From the UHGV virus genome UHGV-0120107: a stretch of 15,363 nt of DNA. The stretch is one strand, 5' to 3'. The position numbers and the translations under genes were made by a program. This DNA is from a virus. The notes under the pieces were generated by a model. That model was not told the DNA's origin and searched no databases. It saw only the letters and a list, made by a program, of their open reading frames with translations. This document shows, piece after piece, positions 1 to 5,257 of this stretch (its first letter is position 1; every line of letters begins with the position of its first letter).

Positions 1-189
1 TCTTCCAGCCAGTCGATAGCGTCCTTAGTGTGTTCATCTGGTTTATATGAGCGAATCATTTCGCTTATTGGGTCGCAACGTTTGCAGAGGCGATCAACTT
101 CACTGTTGATTCGTTCGTAATCTTCATCAGTAAAACTTGCGATTATTTGCGATATTTCACGCTTATCATTCAGAGTCAGAATCATCATC
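1..189 (-). CDS. Hypothetical early-left operon protein, partial (runs off the window start)
   Basis: Open frame on the minus strand from ATG-ATG at 189..184 with no stop before position 1 (MMILTLNDKREISQIIASFTDEDYERINSEVDRLCKRCDPISEMIRSYKPDEHTKDAIDWLE...). Sits where lambda has kil/gam, but I see no recognisable similarity. Confidence 0.35.
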
Positions 190-273
190 TTTATCCTGTT
201 CTTTGTGCTGATTGAGCATTTTGTTCATCTGACGAATGAATTCTTCGTCTGACCAGTTATCTGTAAAACTCAT
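166..273 (-). CDS. Small acidic hypothetical protein (35 aa)
   Basis: ATG at 273 overlaps the stop of the upstream cIII-like ORF (ATGA). Translation MSFTDNWSDEEFIRQMNKMLNQHKEQDKDDDSDSE. Below the 60-aa cutoff of the ORF track. Confidence 0.3.
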   Translation of the reverse strand: MSFTDNWSDEEFIRQMNKMLNQHKEQDKDDDSDSE

Positions 274-440
274 GGACGGCCTTGTTGTTTCAAAATATCC
301 CAAAGCTTTTCGAGCAAACTTTTCATTCTTGGTTGTTTAAAGTCTGCTCCGGTTAAAATGTTTTTTCGTGAATGCTGTACCGATAAAATCGGGTTGAAAG
401 GGCGAACCGATGCCGCCCCTGCAATAGCGAACTGTTGCAT
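270..440 (-). CDS. cIII: cIII-like small protein (56 aa), putative FtsH-inhibitor homolog
   Basis: ATG at 440 preceded by AAGGAG. Translation MQQFAIAGAASVRPFNPILSVQHSRKNILTGADFKQPRMKSLLEKLWDILKQQGRP. N-terminus MQ.FAIAG and the LLEKLWDIL..QG.P segment resemble lambda CIII (MQYAIAG... WKRLIDILNQPGVP) as I recall it. Position downstream of N in the pL operon fits. Not in the ORF track (<60 aa). Confidence 0.5.
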   Translation of the reverse strand: MQQFAIAGAASVRPFNPILSVQHSRKNILTGADFKQPRMKSLLEKLWDILKQQGRP

Positions 441-465
441 AGGATGCTCCTTCTGTTTGATTGCA

Positions 466-529
466 TAACAAAAACGCCTCGAGTGAAGCGTTATTGGTAT
501 GCATATAAAAAGGCCCTCACACTGGAGGG
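466..529 (-). terminator. Two tandem intrinsic-terminator-like hairpins on the minus strand
   Basis: Minus-strand reading: hairpin CCCTCCAGTGTGAGGG (514..529) followed by CCTTTTTAT, then hairpin AACGC-N10-GCGTT (473..492) followed by TTTTTGTT. Lies between the 70-aa ORF and the cIII-like ORF. Confidence 0.4.
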
Positions 530-625
530 CAAAGAAGATTTCAAATAATCAGAACAAGTCGGCTCCTGTTTAGTTACGAGCGACATTGCTCCGTGTATTC
601 ACTCGTTGGAATGAATACACAGTGC

Positions 626-838
626 TTATTCGCGAGCTTTGAGCATGGCATCAGCAATAAAGTAGGCATCATCTGCTAATTCTTTGTACTGTGGTGAATT
701 CTGTCCACCGCCAAAGGAATGTCCGTCCCATCTGCGCACTATTGCTGCCATAGCCTTAGCAGCGAAGTAATCACGTAATGTCGCATCACTTGCCATTTCT
801 GGGCGTTTGATATCTGCTTCATAAAACTCGCACATCAT
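626..838 (-). CDS. Hypothetical protein (70 aa), accessory early-left gene
   Basis: ORF track. ATG at 838 overlaps the stop of the upstream 95-aa ORF (ATGA coupling). No recognisable motif. Confidence 0.5.
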   Translation of the reverse strand: MMCEFYEADIKRPEMASDATLRDYFAAKAMAAIVRRWDGHSFGGGQNSPQYKELADDAYFIADAMLKARE

Positions 839-1116
839 TCACCTCCCAGAGCCTTGCTGATTGCTGACAGTGCTTTCGATACTTCATCAGGATAATGGTC
901 ATTCCATTTTTGCTTGTATGCCTTGTTTAGCATCGCTTGCAGAGCTTCGAGAAGGTCAGGAGCTGCTGCTATCAGTAGCGCATCCTCCCTTTCATTTCTT
1001 GTTGCTGCTTCAATGTATGTGTCACCAATCGTCACACCATGGAACGTAGTCATCATCTCGTTGACGTTTCTAACCGTGTACTTCCATTTACCAGGCGTAC
1101 CCTTAAACTCTTTCAT
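835..1116 (-). CDS. Hypothetical protein (about 93 aa), accessory early-left gene
   Basis: ORF track frame 835..1122. Likely start is ATG at 1116 with GAGG five nt upstream (the track start at 1122 is a GTG). Contains an AAAPDLLEALQAML segment. Function unknown. Confidence 0.5.
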   Translation of the reverse strand: MKEFKGTPGKWKYTVRNVNEMMTTFHGVTIGDTYIEAATRNEREDALLIAAAPDLLEALQAMLNKAYKQKWNDHYPDEVSKALSAISKALGGE

Positions 1117-1168
1117 ATCCACCTCTGTTGTTTATGCCAAAAATAAAGGCCGACTATGCGGCCTGAAA

Positions 1169-1618
1169 TTACTTAACCAATGATGCTGCATATTCGATAA
1201 GGTAAAGCTTTGGAGTCAGCAAAATTTTTAACCATGTCATATTGGTTACTGCACTAATAATAAAAATCCCCCACAGAGCCAAAACTCCAACTAATGGCAT
1301 GATAAGAAGATTAATATCACCTTTGCTATCCCAAACCATTGTCGGCCTGTATTTGGGATTTCCTTTCTCCCATGAATATCCTTCATCACCGATTTTACCT
1401 GTCTCAACTCTTTGGCACTGCTTCTTCATAAACCAGAAAACCAGTGGGATTGTTAGAATGGCCATTAATGTTTTAATCAGACTGTCAACCATATTCCATA
1501 GCAGCAACTGATGAACAACATCAGGAATCTGTGCCTGGCTAAATGAAACAGCCGCGTCTATTCCATTACTGGCTTTTTGCAGTAGTTCTACGAGAATCTT
1601 GTTTGCTTGTTCTTCCAT
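1169..1618 (-). CDS. Putative small membrane protein (149 aa, two predicted TM helices); candidate superinfection-exclusion protein
   Basis: ATG at 1618 with GAGGTGAG upstream. Two hydrophobic segments (IKTLMAILTIPLVFWFM and INLLIMPLVGVLALWGIFIISAV). Occupies the N-proximal slot where lambdoid phages carry sieB/ral-type genes. Function inferred from position only. Confidence 0.55.
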   Translation of the reverse strand: MEEQANKILVELLQKASNGIDAAVSFSQAQIPDVVHQLLLWNMVDSLIKTLMAILTIPLVFWFMKKQCQRVETGKIGDEGYSWEKGNPKYRPTMVWDSKGDINLLIMPLVGVLALWGIFIISAVTNMTWLKILLTPKLYLIEYAASLVK

Positions 1619-1680
1619 ATCTCACCTCAAATAAGTGGTTTGCTGCCAAAACAATGAACCATCCGGAAATTCCAGATAGT

Positions 1681-1905
1681 TCATAATTCACTCTTCAATA
1701 CTTCCAGCTTACTAATCGCCGATAGATATCCGCGCTGATAGGGCATCATCATTCCTTCGAGCTTGCCACTTCTTAACTCCTCCCTGAGCAATTGTATTGC
1801 TTGATCAATAACCTCTGCCTTAGCGTCCTTTATGGCTTGCTTGCGGGGCTTTGCTTTCTGCTTTGGCAGATTTCTCAAGCATGATGGAATGTATGTCTGA
1901 TTCAT
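1681..1905 (-). CDS. Hypothetical basic protein (74 aa)
   Basis: ORF track frame 1681..1908. ATG at 1905 with GAGGT upstream, directly abutting the N stop codon. Lys/Arg-rich N-terminus (KQKAKPRKQAIKDAK). Confidence 0.45.
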   Translation of the reverse strand: MNQTYIPSCLRNLPKQKAKPRKQAIKDAKAEVIDQAIQLLREELRSGKLEGMMMPYQRGYLSAISKLEVLKSEL

Positions 1906-1908
1906 CAC

Positions 1909-2271
1909 TTACCTCGCTGTAACCTGCTTACTTGTACGATGACCAGCTGCGAAAAGCGCAACTTTTGGCAGGCAGACACCAGTTTCTGGTTGCTTATGTC
2001 CAAACTCATTCGCGTACACAATGGCCGCTCTCTCCAGATTGCGTCTGTATTCTTTCTGTTGCCAGATCACGTCCTGTGCCATGAACTTAATTGGCTTAGC
2101 GTCTTCTATGCGCTCAGGCGTTTCGTGAGTACCTTTAGCCTGAATCTGCGCTCTGCTTAGAGTAGGGCGGTGCAATACTTCTGAGCTTGCCGTAATCTCA
2201 TTCTGGAGCGCTGCACGACGCTCACGACGACGACCTGATGCTGAGCCATTGAAAGCTGTTCTGCGTGTCAT
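1909..2271 (-). CDS. N: N-type transcription antiterminator (120 aa)
   Basis: Strong RBS (AGGAGG) before ATG at 2271. Arginine-rich motif GRRRERRAALQ near the N-terminus, like the lambda N ARM (TRRRERRAEKQ). C-terminus ...VALFAAGHRTSKQVTAR resembles P22 gp24 (...ALYAAGHRKSKQITAR) as I recall it. Located just downstream of pL/OL. Confidence 0.8.
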   Translation of the reverse strand: MTRRTAFNGSASGRRRERRAALQNEITASSEVLHRPTLSRAQIQAKGTHETPERIEDAKPIKFMAQDVIWQQKEYRRNLERAAIVYANEFGHKQPETGVCLPKVALFAAGHRTSKQVTAR

Positions 2272-2436
2272 AGTGACCTCCTGATGAACTTTGGTGGTGT
2301 GGTAGGTGGGAGACCCATTTCGACCTGTTTCGGCCTACTTCAATTCGGCAATAGTCCCGCAGGCCTCGCCGCTTTACGTGCGACATATTCCCGTCCATGA
2401 ACCCTTCACCACACCCCAAAGTTCACTTTGGTTATT

Positions 2437-2450
2437 AGGCTTTTCAGCCT
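2437..2450 (-). promoter_or_regulatory. nutL boxB-like hairpin
   Basis: Minus-strand sequence AGGCT-GAAA-AGCCT (5-bp stem, GAAA loop) between pL and the N start. Shares the core GCTGAAAAGC with the nutR candidate at 3703..3716. No convincing boxA found next to it. Confidence 0.5.
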
Positions 2451-2518
2451 CGTAGATTCATCTCTGAATCGTTGTATATTCACCGCCATGGTGAGTAATG
2501 CGTCCTGCTGATGGCTAA

Positions 2519-2547
2519 ATAGTACGATGTGTACTTTACTGAGTCAA
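2519..2547 (-). promoter_or_regulatory. Candidate pL promoter with overlapping OL operator
   Basis: Minus strand: -35 TTGACT (plus 2542..2547), 17-bp spacer, -10 TACTAT (plus 2519..2524). The operator-like site TACGATGTGTAC (2523..2534) overlaps the spacer and -10. Confidence 0.5.
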
Positions 2548-2611
2548 TACAAAATGTTCTAAATATGGTTTAGTTTTTTATAACGCTTTGTATTTAATGG
2601 GTTTATATTTT

Positions 2612-2643
2612 GGAAAAAGAAAACCCGACGCTAAGGTCGGGTT
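2612..2643 (-). terminator. Intrinsic terminator downstream of cI
   Basis: 8-bp perfect stem AACCCGAC/GTCGGGTT (2622..2629 and 2636..2643) with a 6-nt loop, followed on the minus strand by TTCTTTTT. Lies 30 bp past the cI stop. The plus-strand flank is also T-rich, so it may act in both directions. Confidence 0.6.
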
Positions 2644-2673
2644 ATTGTTGTGTGTTTTAGAGTGGTGAGGCTG

Positions 2674-3333
2674 TTAACTAAATGTCTCTTCAGGCCACTG
2701 GCTAGCGATAACTTTCCCTACTACGGAACAGCTATCATTGCATGGAATCATTGGATATTGCGGGTTTAGTGGTTGTAGGAACACCTGACCGCTATCCCTG
2801 ATCAGTTTCTTGAAGGTAAACTCGTCACCACCAAGTCTGGCTATGCAGAAATCACCTGGCTCAACAGCCTGCTCAGGGTCAACGAGAATTAACATCCCGT
2901 CAGGAAAGCTTGGCTTGGATCCTGTTGGCGCGGTCATGGAATTACCTTCAACTTCAAGCCAAAACGCACAATCACTGGCTTTTTTGGTTGTGCTGACCCA
3001 TCTCTCCGCATCACCTTTGGTAAAGGTTCTAAGCTCAGGCGAGAACATCCCGGCCTGAACATGAGAAAAAACAGGGTACTCATATTGTTTTTTAACGGGG
3101 GCAGATGAGTATTCGCCAACAGGTGAAAATGTACCGTCGTGGTTGAATGAGACGTTATCAATACCAAGGTATTTAAACACCACACCAATCTCGTCAAGAG
3201 ATGGATGACGAGATCCGCGCAACCAGTGACCAATTCCACCCTGCGTCATACCAAGCTCTTCGGCTAACTTCTCTTGAGTTATGCCGAGCTCTTTCATTCT
3301 GGATCTAGCCAGTTCATACCATTTCATTTTCAT
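2674..3333 (-). CDS. cI: CI-type prophage repressor (HTH N-terminal domain plus LexA/S24-like C-terminal domain), hybrid immunity
   Basis: C-terminal two-thirds (...[38 protein letters not shown]... [18 protein letters not shown]) closely matches lambda CI as I recall it. The N-terminal 60 aa ([37 protein letters not shown]...) is a different HTH. Start placed at ATG 3333 (AAGGG RBS) rather than the track start at 3375. Confidence 0.85.
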   Translation of the reverse strand: MKMKWYELARSRMKELGITQEKLAEELGMTQGGIGHWLRGSRHPSLDEIGVVFKYLGIDNVSFNHDGTFSPVGEYSSAPVKKQYEYPVFSHVQAGMFSPELRTFTKGDAERWVSTTKKASDCAFWLEVEGNSMTAPTGSKPSFPDGMLILVDPEQAVEPGDFCIARLGGDEFTFKKLIRDSGQVFLQPLNPQYPMIPCNDSCSVVGKVIASQWPEETFS

Positions 3334-3344
3334 ACCCTTATTAT

Positions 3345-3414
3345 TACGATCTGTACTAAAATCATCCATGCACAAGATGTATTTTTTGTTTGCATTCTAA
3401 AAGTACATATCGTA
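3345..3414. promoter_or_regulatory. OR operator region: two copies of a 12-bp operator-like motif
   Basis: TACGATCTGTAC at 3345..3356 and its reverse complement form GTACATATCGTA at 3403..3414, between the divergent cI and cro genes. The same motif occurs once at OL (2523..2534). Confidence 0.5.
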
Positions 3415-3418
3415 TTAT
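3390..3418 (+). promoter_or_regulatory. Candidate pR promoter
   Basis: -35 TTGCAT (3390..3395), 17-bp spacer, -10 TATTAT (3413..3418). The second operator copy overlaps the spacer and -10. cro RBS GGAGG at 3436..3440. Confidence 0.45.
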
Positions 3419-3444
3419 TGCGATATGGTTACTATGGAGGGCAT

Positions 3445-3660
3445 ATGAGCAACCTACGAAAATATCGAGAGTCACTGAATATCTCTCAAACAACACTTGC
3501 TAAGGCAGTTGGATGCACACAGGGAGCTATCGGACATTGGGAATCTGGTCGTCGCTTCCCAGACCTTAAAACATGCCGTGCTCTTGTTGCGTGCCTAAAC
3601 AAGTTAGGCGCAAAAGTCAGTCTTGATGACGTGTTCCCGCCGGAACACAAAGCCGCTTAA
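3445..3660 (+). CDS. cro: Cro-like HTH repressor (71 aa)
   Basis: ATG at 3445 with GGAGG RBS, divergent from cI. HTH motif QTTLAKAVGCTQGAIGHWESGRRFP shares TQG[GA]IGHW..G.R.P with the CI N-terminal domain. The 128-aa track ORF from 3274 is an upstream extension through the operator region. Confidence 0.75.
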   Translation: MSNLRKYRESLNISQTTLAKAVGCTQGAIGHWESGRRFPDLKTCRALVACLNKLGAKVSLDDVFPPEHKAA

Positions 3661-3670
3661 TAAGCGGATC

Positions 3671-3716
3671 CGCTCTTTGTAACAACGGACATTCGTCCTA
3701 CGTCGCTGAAAAGCGA
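3671..3716 (+). promoter_or_regulatory. nutR candidate (boxA-like plus boxB hairpin)
   Basis: CGCTCTTTG at 3671..3679 (boxA consensus CGCTCTT(T)A), then hairpin TCGCT-GAAA-AGCGA at 3703..3716, just downstream of cro. Confidence 0.5.
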
Positions 3717-3800
3717 GTTCCAAGATATCTGACCAACTAAGGCCATATGCGTTTCCACGCATACCTTTCAACTAACTATTCACTATTGGAAAATTAACAA

Positions 3801-4100
3801 ATGACACAAGCAAGTTATAGCAAGCCAACACAGCGAGAAATTGATCGCGCTGAAACTGATTTACTCATCAACCTGTCAACGCTTACCCAGCGCGGTCTGG
3901 CAAAGATGATTGGCTGTCATGAATCGAAGATAAGCAGAACGGACTGGAGGTTTATTGCTTCGGTCTTGTGTGCTTTTGGAATGGCATCAGACATCAGTCC
4001 GATTAGCAGGGCTTTTAAGTATGCGCTTGATGAAATCACCAATAAAAAACGCCCGGTGTGCAAGACCGAGCGTTCTGAACAAATCCAGATGGATTTTTGA
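3801..4100 (+). CDS. cII: CII-like transcriptional activator (99 aa)
   Basis: C-terminus ...TNKKRPVCKTERSEQIQMDF matches lambda CII (...TNKKRPAATERSEQIQMEF) as I recall it. Gene order cro-cII-O fits. Confidence 0.8.
   Translation: MTQASYSKPTQREIDRAETDLLINLSTLTQRGLAKMIGCHESKISRTDWRFIASVLCAFGMASDISPISRAFKYALDEITNKKRPVCKTERSEQIQMDF
3810..3823 (-). promoter_or_regulatory. Candidate CII-binding site (TTGC-N6-TTGC) of a pRE-like promoter
   Basis: Plus strand GCAAGTTATAGCAA, which is TTGC-N6-TTGC on the minus strand, inside the first codons of cII and oriented toward cro/cI as for lambda pRE. Confidence 0.4.
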
Positions 4101-4145
4101 GTCACTGTGTTACGTCAACAACACATTCAACAGGAGTAATTATAT
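4041..4145 (-). ncRNA. oop-like antisense RNA with its promoter and terminator
   Basis: Minus strand: perfect -10 TATAAT (plus 4139..4144), then about 85 nt downstream a hairpin CGCUCGG/CCGGGCG (one G-U pair) followed by UUUUUUAUU (plus 4043..4072). The terminator lies in the 3' end of cII, as for lambda oop. Confidence 0.5.
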
Positions 4146-4290
4146 GCGAAAGCAGCAGGAAAATAAACGCGTTAATCACCGAAAAGATGTGCTTCGTGAC
4201 CAGTTCTATCAGCAGGTAAATCCTGCCATCGCGGCACCATTGCGGGAGATGCTAAACAAGCACAAAAAATCGGAGGTTAGCCATGAGTAA
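4144..4290 (+). CDS. Small basic hypothetical protein (48 aa) between cII and the replication genes
   Basis: ATG at 4144 preceded by AGGAG. Translation MRKQQENKRVNHRKDVLRDQFYQQVNPAIAAPLREMLNKHKKSEVSHE. Its stop overlaps the start of the O-like gene. Confidence 0.45.
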   Translation: MRKQQENKRVNHRKDVLRDQFYQQVNPAIAAPLREMLNKHKKSEVSHE

Positions 4291-5146
4291 CGTAGCATAT
4301 GCAAACTTCGGGGATAACCGCTCCCCGGTGGAGAAGAAAGTGGCGCAACTCGAAGATGGTTATTCGCGCCTTGCCAATGAGCTTCTTGATGCAACCATGC
4401 GATCAGGTCTGCCTGAGACAGAGCTGTGCATCCTGATGGCTGTCTGGCGCAAGACATACGGATTCAACAAGAAATTAGACTGGATCAGCAATGAGCAATT
4501 CGAGGAGATGATTGATAAACATTACACCCATTGCTCAACAGCTAAAAATAACCTCATCAGACGGAAGGTGTTGATTCAGGAAGGCCGCAAAATCGGTATG
4601 AACACTAACATTTCCGAGTGGCAAACAAAAAATAACGGATTCTGCAAAACATTAGCTAAACCTGCTAAGAAAACCTTAGCGGAACATGCTAATACCATTA
4701 AGCAGAAGTTGCTAACCACAAAAGACAATATTACAAAAGACAAGAAAGACATTAAAAACACATTGCCCGAACAAGTTCAGGCGGTGGAGGAAAAACCGTC
4801 TCAGCCTGCAAACAAAAACCAGGTCATCGATGACGCATTCGAAAACATCTTCTGGCTTGCAGGAATGCGTAAGCTGGAGAAGAAATCATCCAAGTCAGCT
4901 TTCAGAACTCAATATCAGATATGGCGTCGCGATAACGGCGGAACCCCAGAGGAATTTGCCACGTTCCTTGCAGGAGATATTGCATCTCGTGTTGGAAAGC
5001 AATTCGGCTTCGATAAGCTTCACCCATCAACGTACCTCAACGGTCAGCGCTGGAACGACGAGAAGCCAGAAACTATTCAACCACAATCCAAACCATCATC
5101 CGCAATCACCGTATCGAAAACTGGCTACGTGTTTTTCGACAGGTGA
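4283..5146 (+). CDS. Replication initiator, lambda O-like (287 aa)
   Basis: GGAGG RBS. N-terminal domain (...LEDGYSRLANELLDA...LMAVWRKTYGFNK...NISEW...) resembles lambda O as I recall it. The C-terminal half is divergent. Confidence 0.8.
   Translation: MSNVAYANFGDNRSPVEKKVAQLEDGYSRLANELLDATMRSGLPETELCILMAVWRKTYGFNKKLDWISNEQFEEMIDKHYTHCSTAKNNLIRRKVLIQEGRKIGMNTNISEWQTKNNGFCKTLAKPAKKTLAEHANTIKQKLLTTKDNITKDKKDIKNTLPEQVQAVEEKPSQPANKNQVIDDAFENIFWLAGMRKLEKKSSKSAFRTQYQIWRRDNGGTPEEFATFLAGDIASRVGKQFGFDKLHPSTYLNGQRWNDEKPETIQPQSKPSSAITVSKTGYVFFDR
4650..4755. repeat. Candidate replication origin inside the O-like gene (short repeats plus A-rich tract)
   Basis: GCTAA repeated at 4655, 4664 and 4688, with the inverted copy TTAGC at 4676 and a palindromic TTAGCTAA. 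AAAGACA repeated three times at 4721, 4736 and 4745 in an A-rich tract. Lambda ori lies at the equivalent mid-gene position. Confidence 0.3.
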
Positions 5147-5149
5147 ACC

Positions 5150-5257
5150 ATGAAATCAAAAATCAAATCGCTACTGGTCGCTGGTTATAACCACGGCTGG
5201 TTAAGTATTTCGTTTGTCGATTTCTGGTTTAAAAATCTCAATCAGAGGGAATCATGA
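5150..5257 (+). CDS. Possible small ORF (35 aa) coupled to the primase/helicase gene
   Basis: ATG at 5150 with AGGTGA upstream. Its stop overlaps the primase ATG (ATGA). Hydrophobic (MKSKIKSLLVAGYNHGWLSISFVDFWFKNLNQRES). May be spurious. Confidence 0.2.
   Translation: MKSKIKSLLVAGYNHGWLSISFVDFWFKNLNQRES

Noticed and set aside
1939-2160. 73-aa plus-strand ORF inside N
   Set aside because: Antisense to the N gene, with no RBS. Shadow ORF.
2810-3239. 82-aa plus-strand and 101-aa minus-strand ORFs overlapping cI
   Set aside because: Alternative frames of the cI gene with no translation signals.
2674-3375. 233-aa extended CI ORF starting at 3375
   Set aside because: The extra 14 codons have no RBS and would place operator sites inside the coding region. 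ATG 3333 with an AAGGG RBS gives the expected MKMKW start.
3274-3660. 128-aa extended version of the cro ORF
   Set aside because: The extension crosses the operator and promoter region and overlaps the cI start. The real start is ATG 3445 with a GGAGG RBS.
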